16,030 bases of DNA from Elusimicrobiota bacterium (GTDB lineage: Bacteria > Elusimicrobiota > Endomicrobiia > CG1-02-37-114 > JAHJSO01), in NCBI GenBank assembly GCA_043826435.1, contig JBDRQF010000021.1, positions 1-16,030 of the forward strand, read 5' to 3'. The notes beneath the pieces were generated by a model. The model ran no database searches and was not told where the DNA came from. It saw only the letters and a program-made list of their open reading frames with translations. Numbering within the stretch: position 1 is the stretch's first letter; each line of letters begins with the position of its first letter. A program made the position numbers and the translations under genes. This document shows, piece after piece, positions 1-7,900 of the stretch.

Positions 1-114
1 AAAGTGTATAATAAGAAGCGATTACACTCTTCGCTGGATTATCTAACACCGGAAGAATTTGAAACGAAGCATTACGAAAAACAAACAGGACCTGTGGCTT
101 TTACTCTAACTTAA
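1..114 (+). CDS. IS3-family transposase (OrfB integrase core), C-terminal fragment, 5' end outside window
   Basis: Frame 1 reads KVYNKKRLHSSLDYLTPEEFETKHYEKQTGPVAFTLT* (TAA 112-114). YNxxRxHSxLxYxTPxEFE is the characteristic C-terminal motif of IS3-family transposases. Absent from the ORF track because it is partial. Confidence 0.93.
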   Translation, partial: KVYNKKRLHSSLDYLTPEEFETKHYEKQTGPVAFTLT

Positions 115-141
115 TGTGTCCAAACACAGGGGTGCAGTCCA
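1..141 (+). mobile_element. Right end of an IS3-family insertion sequence (IS150/IS861-like IRR at about 115-141)
   Basis: TGTGTCCAAACACAGGGGTGCAGTCCA follows the transposase stop and ends in CA at 141. The reverse complement TGGACTGCACCCC... fits the 5'-TG..CA-3' IS3 terminus and resembles the TGAACTGCACCCC ends of IS150-group elements. Confidence 0.85.
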
Positions 142-337
142 TATAAAGCCGATGACCCAGAAGAAAAAATTAGATACCCACGGGTAGGTCTACCGATAAT
201 TCTGCCCCTTACGGGGTTATTTGACGAACAACGCAGAAAATGCCTGATAATTAAAGTTTTGGGTAAATAAAAGTAAATTGTCCACGCCTTGAAGGGCACG
301 GCATCCAGCCGACAATTTTTATAAAGATAAAATTTTT

Positions 338-1819
338 ATGGCCAAAGAATGGTGGCGTTTTATAAGGTCGGTCATATCGTTGTTGTTATTTCCTATAGGA
401 ATTTATGGAGTAATTCGACTTTTATTCTATGGCGAAGAGGGGTCTTTTATTTGGGCAATACTTATTGGAATAATGACAATTTTAATGTTTTTGTCTGTTA
501 TTTCTTATATATCAAAACGTAATGAAGAACAAAAAAATCTCGACAAAAGAGAACAGGAGTTGACAACTCAAAAACAGAAATTAGAATCTGACAAAAAAGA
601 TTTTGAAGCATATAAAAAAAGAAACTATGAAGGATTAACAACTTTAGCAGAAAAAGTGAATATACATACTGATATAGAATTTAAAAAACAGCAATTATTA
701 GAAGAAAAGAGAAAATTGTCTTTAGAAAAACAAGAACTATATGAACACAATAAGAACAAAGAGAATGAACTGAAAAATTGGAAAGAAAAAGAAATTCAAA
801 ACATACAAAAATTAGCAGATGAAAAATCAAAAGGATTCCCTTTTCTTACTTCATCATTTGAAGAATATTTTGAACTTCAAGATAAAAGACTTGCAACAAC
901 ACTTGAAACAAAAAGTCATCCTGCTCTTAAAGCTGCAGAAGAAATTAGACAAATGTCAAAAGAAAGAAGAGAAGCCGAAAAGTCAGCAAGAATCTCTAAA
1001 CATCTCTTAGACTATTGTTTTTATCTTGCCCCTTGGTTAGAGGATTATATCGGAATTGAAATTGAAGAACTGGATGCACTTATAAAAGATATTCATACTT
1101 CTTGGGAAAAAAAAGAGAAAGAATTTGAAGAAGAGGTTAAAAGACATTACGGACCAAAGTATGAGGAACTTACACAGACTGAAAAACTTCAGCGAAAACT
1201 TGACTGGTATTGGAAAAAACCAAAAAAACATAACTGGCAAATAGGCAGAGAATATGAAAGATATGTTGGATATCTCTATGAAAAAACTGGGTGTAGGGTA
1301 TATTATGAAGGCAGAAAAGGATATGAAGACTTTGGTAGGGACTTGATATCTATAAAAGGTGATAATATTGAAATAATTCAATGCAAAAGATGGGGACAAG
1401 AAAAAACAATCCATGAAAAACATATTTTTTATTTATTTGGAACTACAGTTGAATATTTTATAAGGAAATATTCTGAAGAGAAATTCCCGCAATTAAATTT
1501 ATTCCCTGAGCTAATAAATAAAGGAAAGATTAAAGGGATTTTATTTACTACAACGAATGTATCTGAAAAAGCAAAAGAGGTTGCCAAAACATTGGGGATT
1601 CAAATTGTAGAAAAATTTCCATTTAGGGACTACCCATCTATAAAATGTAATATATCAAGAAAAAATGGTGAAAAGATCTATCATTTGCCATTTGATCAAC
1701 AATATGATACAACATTAATCGAAGACGAAGAAAGAAATGAATGTTATGTTTGGACAATTGAAGAGGCAGAATCTCTTGGTTATCGCCATTCTTGGAGATG
1801 GCATGGGCAACAACAGTAA
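338..1819 (+). CDS. Membrane-anchored Mrr-like (PD-(D/E)xK, QxK variant) restriction endonuclease domain protein with coiled coil and C-terminal small domain
   Basis: 493 aa. Two N-terminal hydrophobic helices, then a long E/K/Q-rich coiled coil. GREYERYVGYLYEKTG...EDFGRDLISIK...IIQCKRW gives the Mrr_cat-type E...DxGxD...QCK, followed by ILFTTTNVSEKAKEVAK. The C-terminal IKCNISRKNGEKIYHLPFDQQYD...EEAESLGYR resembles the IKGNIxxxGEKIYHxP...EEAxxxGxR domain found on thermonucleases/ExoI-like proteins. Confidence 0.8.
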   Translation: MAKEWWRFIRSVISLLLFPIGIYGVIRLLFYGEEGSFIWAILIGIMTILMFLSVISYISKRNEEQKNLDKREQELTTQKQKLESDKKDFEAYKKRNYEGLTTLAEKVNIHTDIEFKKQQLLEEKRKLSLEKQELYEHNKNKENELKNWKEKEIQNIQKLADEKSKGFPFLTSSFEEYFELQDKRLATTLETKSHPALKAAEEIRQMSKERREAEKSARISKHLLDYCFYLAPWLEDYIGIEIEELDALIKDIHTSWEKKEKEFEEEVKRHYGPKYEELTQTEKLQRKLDWYWKKPKKHNWQIGREYERYVGYLYEKTGCRVYYEGRKGYEDFGRDLISIKGDNIEIIQCKRWGQEKTIHEKHIFYLFGTTVEYFIRKYSEEKFPQLNLFPELINKGKIKGILFTTTNVSEKAKEVAKTLGIQIVEKFPFRDYPSIKCNISRKNGEKIYHLPFDQQYDTTLIEDEERNECYVWTIEEAESLGYRHSWRWHGQQQ

Positions 1820-2004
1820 AATAAATTTTATTAAAGCCAAGATATTGTAATATGGTAATGAAACCGGGGGGATGGAATCAATTAAAAAATTCAAAACAAA
1901 ATTGCCCAAGAAGTAAAAAACCGTATGACAAAAGCAAAACAAACAATTGGCCAAACCATACAAGAAGTAAAAAAAATGATTCCGAGTAAAATTGATAAAA
2001 TATT

Positions 2005-2592
2005 ATGACGAAAATAAAGGAAAATATAAAAAAATTATTATTCATTGGTTTAATACTATTAGTTGGATTTTTATTTAGAAAACCAATCTTTAAATTTACC
2101 GGTTTTGAAATACCAATAATGAAAATTGAAAATCTTTTTAAGATTGATATTATCAAAAATGAACGACAAAAAATTAATAACGAAGAAGCAACTACTAAAA
2201 TAAAAAGAATTTTTGAGAATGCCGATAGATGGGTAAAAAATGAAAAAAGAAAATTCAAAGAAAAACAGAAAAATACTGCTGAAGAATACGCAAGAAGAAT
2301 GGGTATTCAACAACCAATGCATGCTTATGCACAATTAAAACTTCTAAAAGAATTTATCAACTCACTGAATAGTAAACTTCTAGAAACGAATAGACAAATT
2401 GAAGACACTGCACTGAAAACATCAAAAGGTATAAAATATTTAGATACTTCTTGGATTAATATTGAAAAACAATCTATTCTAGAAACTTACAAAAAAATAA
2501 TTGAAGAAGAAAAAACGGAATTAAAAAAATTATATCATTCAAGATTTGGCGGTTTTGGAAACCTTGAAGAAGAGTTAAATAAAATAGAATAA
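2005..2592 (+). CDS. Hypothetical protein with N-terminal membrane anchor/signal and helical charged body
   Basis: 195-aa ORF in AT-rich DNA. A basic N-terminus precedes the hydrophobic LLFIGLILLVGFLF. No family recognised. Confidence 0.7.
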   Translation: MTKIKENIKKLLFIGLILLVGFLFRKPIFKFTGFEIPIMKIENLFKIDIIKNERQKINNEEATTKIKRIFENADRWVKNEKRKFKEKQKNTAEEYARRMGIQQPMHAYAQLKLLKEFINSLNSKLLETNRQIEDTALKTSKGIKYLDTSWINIEKQSILETYKKIIEEEKTELKKLYHSRFGGFGNLEEELNKIE

Positions 2593-2667
2593 AAAATCTA
2601 TTGCAGATTCTTTAATTCCCAAAAATAAGTCATTATTACCAAAAGAGTCTGAAAATACACCTATCAA

Positions 2668-2693
2668 TAATGTTCACAAAAAAGCGAACATTA
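2668..2693. promoter_or_regulatory. Inverted repeat TAATGTTC-N10-GAACATTA, candidate operator
   Basis: Perfect 8-bp arms at 2668-2675 and 2686-2693, about 40 bp upstream of the -35 box at 2734. Confidence 0.45.
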
Positions 2694-2733
2694 AAAAATG
2701 GTGACGATTTTAATTCTAACCACGCAATAACGG

Positions 2734-2762
2734 TTGACAAAGCCATTTTATTATGGTATAAA
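2734..2762 (+). promoter_or_regulatory. Sigma70-type promoter for the wHTH-RNase H genes
   Basis: TTGACA (2734-2739), 17-bp spacer, extended -10 TGnTATAAA (TG 2754-2755, TATAAA 2757-2762). Confidence 0.8.
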
Positions 2763-2780
2763 TATACCATAACTATGGTA
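2751..2780. promoter_or_regulatory. Overlapping palindromic operators covering -10 and the transcription start
   Basis: TTATGGTATA-AA-TATACCATAA (2751-2772, perfect 10-bp arms) overlaps TACCATA-AC-TATGGTA (2765-2780), giving three alternating TATGGTA half-sites. Confidence 0.7.
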
Positions 2781-2793
2781 AAAGGTGGGGATG

Positions 2794-3090
2794 ATGCTAA
2801 ATATACGGTCTCGGATTGAAAATAAAATACTTAACTACTTTTTCTTAAATGAAGATAGCAAAGTTTATATCAATGAACTTGCCCGCATTATTGAGTCCGA
2901 CCCAAAAAATGCTTACAGGATATTGGTTCGTTTAGAAAAGGGGGGCATGTTAACAAGCGAATTCAAGGGTAAAGAAAGATATTTCTATCTTAACAAAAAA
3001 AATTCCACCTATAAAGAATATAAAAATATTTTTCTCAAAACTGCTGGTATTGAGGCCACATTACGAAATAAAAAAAGATATAAAAAATGA
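2794..3090 (+). CDS. Winged helix-turn-helix protein resembling the N-terminal domain of wHTH-MNT nucleotidyltransferase antitoxins, without the MNT domain
   Basis: KILNYFFLN...VYINELARIIESDPKNAYRILVRLEKGGMLTSEFKGKERYFYLNK...YKEYKNIFLKTAGIE. AAAGGT at 2781-2786 favours ATG 2794 (alternatives are ATG 2791 and GTG 2785). The stop overlaps the next start (ATGA at 3087-3090). Confidence 0.8.
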   Translation: MLNIRSRIENKILNYFFLNEDSKVYINELARIIESDPKNAYRILVRLEKGGMLTSEFKGKERYFYLNKKNSTYKEYKNIFLKTAGIEATLRNKKRYKK

Positions 3091-3473
3091 TAGAACAAAC
3101 AACCAGAAAAGTAACGGTATATTTTGACGGGAACAAGACACCAAAGGGGACTTCTTGTAGTTATGTTTTGATTGACGAGGAAACAGGCAGGCAAAAAGAA
3201 GAGACAGTGAAACTCCCTGACGAGACCACTGTGCCGGAAGCGGAATACAATGGGCTTATAGTTGCACTTGAGTCATTCAAAAATGAAAAAATCACGGATA
3301 CACAAATAGATGCTTACGGGGATAGCCAACTTGTGATAAAACAAATCAAAGGTGAGTGGGAATGCAAAAAACCCGAATTGAGAGTGTTAAGAAGCAGGGC
3401 AAGAAACCTCTTGCATAATTTTGCCGGCTGGAAAATAAACTGGGTCCCCAGAGAAAACAATAGGGCTAAATAA
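3087..3473 (+). CDS. Ribonuclease HI family protein (short archaeal/actinobacterial-like type)
   Basis: VYFDG, EAEYNGLIVALE, GDSQLVIKQIKGEW and WVPRENN motifs. Three catalytic carboxylates are present, but the ORF stops before the usual final AD-L helix. Confidence 0.88.
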   Translation: MIEQTTRKVTVYFDGNKTPKGTSCSYVLIDEETGRQKEETVKLPDETTVPEAEYNGLIVALESFKNEKITDTQIDAYGDSQLVIKQIKGEWECKKPELRVLRSRARNLLHNFAGWKINWVPRENNRAK

Positions 3474-3526
3474 GAGTACGGAAAACAATCGCCGGGAAAG
3501 AACAACGCAACCCAACAAATCTCCTG

Positions 3527-5170
3527 ATGAAAAATTCACCCCTGATTCCATCTATGTTGTTCACATTAAACGTCACTCTCGCACTGTTATGGGGCTGCGG
3601 GGACAAACGTAATAAAGAGTTGTCGTCAGCGCCCCAGCCGGCCACGGACACCGCCCCCGCCTACGGCGACGCATTCGTTGATTCTTCAATCGGAGATGCA
3701 AGTTACCTCAACCCTCTGCTGGCAAGCGATTCCGCTTCCGGGGACATTAATTCCATGGTATTTAACGGTCTCGTCAAATACGACAGGGACCTGCAGATTG
3801 TGCCCGAACTGGCGGAAAAATGGGAAGTCCTTGACGGCGGGCTGACCATCGTTTTTGACTTGAAAAAAGACGTCCGCTGGCACGACGGCATCCCTTTCAC
3901 CGCGGAAGACGTTAAATTCACCTATGAAAAACTCGTTGACACAAAAGTTAAAACGCCTTACAGCAGGGACTTCCTCCTGATAAAAAAATTTGAAGTGCTC
4001 TCCCCGCACCGGATACGGGTAAGGTATAAAAAGGTATTTGCGCCGGCGCTTGAGTCGTGGGGGGTAGGCATTATACCGAAACATGTCTTTGAAAAAGGGG
4101 ATTTCAACTCAAACCCAGCGAACAGGAATCCCGTCGGCACCGGCTATTACAGGTTTGTCAGATGGAAAACGGCGGAGAGTATTTCGTTGACCGCGAATGA
4201 CGATTACTTTGCCGGGAGGCCTTACATCAGCCACTGCATTTACAGGATAATACCCGACCAGTCGGTGCAGTTTATGGAACTTCTTAATGAGTCAATAGAT
4301 GCAATGGGGCTGACGCCGGACCAGTTTCTTGCTTACAAGGAATTTTTCTTAAACTATAACAAATTTAGATACCCCACATTTAGTTATACATACCTGGGGT
4401 TTAATCTTAAAAATTCGCTCTTTAGCAATAAGGAAATCAGAAAGGCGATAGCCCATGCAATAGACAAACAAAAAATCATTGACGGCGTCCTGCTGGGACT
4501 CGGCAGTCCCGCGACAGGGCCCTTCGCCCCGAGTTCATGGGCATATAACCCCGACGTGAATGACTTTGAATACGACCCGCAGAAGACAAGGGAGATACTT
4601 GCCCGGTTCGGCTGGCAGGATTCAAAGGGCGACGGCTGGCTGTACAAAGACGGCAAGCGGTTTGAATTCACCCTGTGCACGAACCAGGGGAACAAGATGA
4701 GGTCGCTGTGCGCGGAAATCATCCAGCAACACCTGAAAAAGGTAGGCATAAAAATGAACATCCGCATTATTGAATGGTCAACTTTCATACACAACTTTAT
4801 TAACAAGAGGGACTTTGAAGCGGTTATACTCGGATGGAGCACGGGCATAGACCCTGACCAGTCCTCAATATGGCATTCCGAACAAACGAAGGAAAGCCAG
4901 TACAATTTCGTTTCATATTCAAACCCGGATGTTGACGAGCTGCTGGGAAAAGGAACCCTTGTTTTTGACAGGGAAAAACGCCGTGAAATATACCGGAAGA
5001 TTCATTCAATAATCCATTCGGACGTCCCCTATATTTTCCTGTATTATCCCAATGCGCTTCCCGTAATCCACAAAAGATTTATGCCTCTACAGGTCGCGGC
5101 CGCAGGTATCAGGTGGAATTTTGAAAAATGGTATGCCCCGCAAACGCGGCAGAAATACCTTAAAGAATAG
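3527..5170 (+). CDS. Peptide ABC transporter substrate-binding lipoprotein (family 5, AppA/OppA/DppA-like)
   Basis: Lipobox-like LLWGC. Family 5 motifs PELAEKW, VRWHDGIPFTAEDVKFTY, PVGTGYY, IRKAIAHAIDK and YSNPDVDELL. Confidence 0.95.
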   Translation: MKNSPLIPSMLFTLNVTLALLWGCGDKRNKELSSAPQPATDTAPAYGDAFVDSSIGDASYLNPLLASDSASGDINSMVFNGLVKYDRDLQIVPELAEKWEVLDGGLTIVFDLKKDVRWHDGIPFTAEDVKFTYEKLVDTKVKTPYSRDFLLIKKFEVLSPHRIRVRYKKVFAPALESWGVGIIPKHVFEKGDFNSNPANRNPVGTGYYRFVRWKTAESISLTANDDYFAGRPYISHCIYRIIPDQSVQFMELLNESIDAMGLTPDQFLAYKEFFLNYNKFRYPTFSYTYLGFNLKNSLFSNKEIRKAIAHAIDKQKIIDGVLLGLGSPATGPFAPSSWAYNPDVNDFEYDPQKTREILARFGWQDSKGDGWLYKDGKRFEFTLCTNQGNKMRSLCAEIIQQHLKKVGIKMNIRIIEWSTFIHNFINKRDFEAVILGWSTGIDPDQSSIWHSEQTKESQYNFVSYSNPDVDELLGKGTLVFDREKRREIYRKIHSIIHSDVPYIFLYYPNALPVIHKRFMPLQVAAAGIRWNFEKWYAPQTRQKYLKE

Positions 5171-5207
5171 GCGGGGTCTAGGCGGGGTCAGGTCTTGACA
5201 TTTGACA
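5168..5207 (+). repeat. 11-bp tandem duplication (TAGGCGGGGTC x2) followed by AGGTCTTGACATTTGACA
   Basis: Exact copies at 5168-5178 (including the upstream stop codon) and 5179-5189. TTGACA occurs twice, at 5195-5200 and 5202-5207. Confidence 0.7.
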
Positions 5208-5233
5208 AATAGACGGGGTGGAGTAAAAATAAT

Positions 5234-6202
5234 ATGATTGCCTATCTATACCGCAGGATTTTGATGTTTATCCCGATAATTTTCGGCATAACCATAATTA
5301 CATTTTTTATCATGCACCTCTCACCCGGCAAACCTACGGACACAACCGAATTCCAATCAAAGGTATCGTCGGAAATCAGGCAGAAGTTTATAGCCATCTA
5401 CGGACTTGACAAACCATGGTACGTGCAGTATGTAAACTGGCTGAAACGCCTCTCACGGCTTGATTTCGGAAGGTCATTCAAGGACGACGCACCCGTCCTG
5501 CAGAAAATAGCCGGGCGACTGCCTGCAACACTCCTTTTAAACCTGTGCTCGCTTTTTCTGATATTTATCGTTGCGGTACCGATGGGCGTCCTGTCGGCGC
5601 TAAAGAAGGACTCTGTTTTTGACAGAATATCCGGGGTGGTTGTGTTCGCGGGTTTTTCCGTCCCGACCTTCTGGCTGGCGCTTATACTTATGATTGTATT
5701 CGGAATAAAACTGCGGCTCCTCCCGATTTCAGGGATACGGTCGGTCAGTATAGATGAAATATCAGGCATTGCGGCCATCCTTGATACGGCGAAGCACCTT
5801 GTCCTGCCTGTATTTGTCTCCGCATTCACGGGGCTTGCGGGGATGTCAAGATATGTCAGACAGAACATGCTTGAAGTAATAAGGCAGGACTATATCCGCA
5901 CTGCACGGGCAAAGGGGCTCAAGGAAAAGGATGTGGTCATCAAGCACGCCCTCAGGAACGCGCTACTGCCGATTGTAACGGTAATGGGGCTCTCTATCCC
6001 GGGACTTATAGGCGGGGGGTTTATTTTTGAAACGATATTCGCGTGGCCCGGTATGGGACGGTTAGGGTATGAAGCGATTATGTCAAGGGATTACCCCGTG
6101 ATAATGGGCGTAAGTACAATCGCCGCTTTTCTGACGCTCGCAGGAAATTTTATAGCGGACATAACCTACGCTTACCTTGACCCGAGAATAAGACACAGAT
6201 AA
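5234..6202 (+). CDS. Peptide ABC transporter permease (AppB/OppB/DppB-like)
   Basis: [24 protein letters not shown]-loop [44 protein letters not shown] at 5220-5223. Confidence 0.96.
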   Translation: MIAYLYRRILMFIPIIFGITIITFFIMHLSPGKPTDTTEFQSKVSSEIRQKFIAIYGLDKPWYVQYVNWLKRLSRLDFGRSFKDDAPVLQKIAGRLPATLLLNLCSLFLIFIVAVPMGVLSALKKDSVFDRISGVVVFAGFSVPTFWLALILMIVFGIKLRLLPISGIRSVSIDEISGIAAILDTAKHLVLPVFVSAFTGLAGMSRYVRQNMLEVIRQDYIRTARAKGLKEKDVVIKHALRNALLPIVTVMGLSIPGLIGGGFIFETIFAWPGMGRLGYEAIMSRDYPVIMGVSTIAAFLTLAGNFIADITYAYLDPRIRHR

Positions 6203-6205
6203 AAA

Positions 6206-7033
6206 ATGCTAAGGATATATTTTGGACGGTTCAGAAAAAATAAAAACGCAATCTTCGGGCTATCAATAGTCCTGTTGCTCCTTATGGCTGCGGCCCTGTC
6301 GCCTTTATTGAGCCCTGCTAACCCGTCGGAACAAAACCTCACGGAGCGGATTAACGGCCCTTCAATAAGACACCCGTTAGGCACCGACGACCTCGGCAGG
6401 GATCTGCTGTCAAGGACGATATACGGCGCCAGGATATCAATGTCAGTGGGGTTTATCGCGGTATTCCTGATGGTGACCATCGGCACGACCCTCGGGCTGA
6501 TATCTGGCTATTCCGGGAAAACGGTTGACACGATAATTATGCGGCTTGTGGACATCGTTCTGTGTTTTCCCACGTTCTTCCTCGTGCTTATCGTTATCGC
6601 ATTCCTTGAGCCGAACATCCACAACGTAATGGTGGTAATTGGTATAACCTCCTGGCCCGGACTGTGCCGGCTCGTCAGGGCTGAGGTGTTGTCCGTAAAG
6701 GAGAGGACCTACATCCAGGCTGCAAAGGTAAGCGGGCTGCCGACGGCGAGAATCCTGTTTGTCCACATACTCCCGAACGTAATAGCGCCGATACTTGTCT
6801 CTGCCACGCTCGGGGTAGGGAATGCCATACTGGTGGAATCGGGGCTGTCTTTCCTGGGGCTTGGCGTCCAGCCGCCGACGCCGTCATGGGGGAATATACT
6901 CACCTCGGGGAAGGACTACATCCACGTTGCGTGGTGGCTCTCCGTTTTTCCCGGGTTGGCGATTTTTATTACGGTGCTGGCGTTTAATCTTCTCGGAGAG
7001 GGGCTCAGGGATATACTTGACCCGAGGATGTAA
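6206..7033 (+). CDS. Peptide ABC transporter permease (AppC/OppC/DppC-like)
   Basis: HPLGTDDLGRDLLSRTIYGARIS, HILPN, ESGLSFLGLGVQPPTPSWG, GEGLRDILDPR. Confidence 0.96.
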   Translation: MLRIYFGRFRKNKNAIFGLSIVLLLLMAAALSPLLSPANPSEQNLTERINGPSIRHPLGTDDLGRDLLSRTIYGARISMSVGFIAVFLMVTIGTTLGLISGYSGKTVDTIIMRLVDIVLCFPTFFLVLIVIAFLEPNIHNVMVVIGITSWPGLCRLVRAEVLSVKERTYIQAAKVSGLPTARILFVHILPNVIAPILVSATLGVGNAILVESGLSFLGLGVQPPTPSWGNILTSGKDYIHVAWWLSVFPGLAIFITVLAFNLLGEGLRDILDPRM

Positions 7034-7044
7034 CAACACGGCAG

Positions 7045-7068
7045 GCAGTGCATCTAGCAGTGCATCTA
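7045..7068 (+). repeat. 12-bp perfect tandem duplication (GCAGTGCATCTA x2) in the permease-ATPase intergenic region
   Basis: Exact copies at 7045-7056 and 7057-7068. Confidence 0.85.
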
Positions 7069-7114
7069 ATAGACGGCGCGGGCAACGGCCACCCGGCATT
7101 ATTTTAAAACAGAT

Positions 7115-7900
7115 ATGGACACTATACTAAGGGTAGAAAAATTAAACATTAATTATTTTTCCGGGAACGAATCCGGAAAGACGCTCATTCCTGCTGTCCG
7201 GGACGTATCGTTTGAATTACGGGAAAACGAAACATTAGGGGTAGTGGGGGAATCCGGTTGCGGTAAATCAACCCTCGCCCTCGGCCTCCTGAAATTAATA
7301 GCCCCCTATGAGGGGGATATCTCAGGCAGAATAATCTTTGGACAGGAAGACATATTGAAAATGGGAAACGAAGAAATCAGGGATTTGCGGGGAAACAAAA
7401 TAAGCATAATCTTTCAGGACCCGTATGCATCCTTTAACCCTGTCATTACCGTCGGTAATCAGCTGGAGGAGGTCATTAAATGCCACCGCCCCGCGGATAG
7501 GGAGCCGGGGAAGCAGGTCGTTGCAACGCTTGAACGCGTCCTGTTCCCTGACCCGGACAGGATATTCAGGACATACCCTCACCAACTTTCAGGCGGCATG
7601 CTACAGCGGGCGATGATAGCGATGGCGATACTGCTTGACCCGAAAATCCTTATTGCAGACGAACCGACCACCGCCCTTGACGTGACCATCCAGAGGGAAA
7701 TACTTGACCTCCTCGTCCGGTTGAAGCAGGAAATGAAAATGTCGGTGATTTTAATAACCCATAATTTTAATATAGTGAAAAAATATACGGACAGGGTAGC
7801 CGTAATGTCCGCAGGAAAAATCGTTGAATACGGGGATACGGGACAGGTCTTCCGTGAGAAAACCCCGGGGCAGGGAGCCGGCTGCGATGGCAATTGTTGA
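7115..7900 (+). CDS. Peptide ABC transporter ATP-binding protein (AppD/OppD/DppD-like)
   Basis: Walker A GESGCGKS, Q-loop IFQDP, signature YPHQLSGGMLQR, Walker B LIADEPTTALD, ITH. The C-terminal PxHPYT motif is absent. Confidence 0.95.
   Translation: MDTILRVEKLNINYFSGNESGKTLIPAVRDVSFELRENETLGVVGESGCGKSTLALGLLKLIAPYEGDISGRIIFGQEDILKMGNEEIRDLRGNKISIIFQDPYASFNPVITVGNQLEEVIKCHRPADREPGKQVVATLERVLFPDPDRIFRTYPHQLSGGMLQRAMIAMAILLDPKILIADEPTTALDVTIQREILDLLVRLKQEMKMSVILITHNFNIVKKYTDRVAVMSAGKIVEYGDTGQVFREKTPGQGAGCDGNC

Larger units (their letters stand above)
142..3090. other. AT-rich accessory segment, probably horizontally acquired, adjacent to the IS3 end
   Basis: Hand counts of sample 60-nt lines: 20/60 GC at 541-600 and 13/60 at 2041-2100, versus 36/60 at 6661-6720 in the ABC operon. 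The segment carries nuclease, orphan and regulator genes. Boundaries are approximate. Confidence 0.7.

Noticed and set aside
200..230. tRNA-derived attachment site or tRNA fragment
   Set aside because: The resemblance is vague, with no TTCGAA T-loop or cloverleaf on either strand.
3087..3473. RNase H as part of a retron or other reverse-transcriptase system
   Set aside because: There is no reverse transcriptase (YxDD) gene or msr-msd-like inverted repeat in the window.
7824..7900. Programmed frameshift fusing the two ABC ATPases, or a start at 7824
   Set aside because: It would need a +1 shift with no recognisable slippery site. ATG 7887 has its own SD and a typical ATPase N-terminus.
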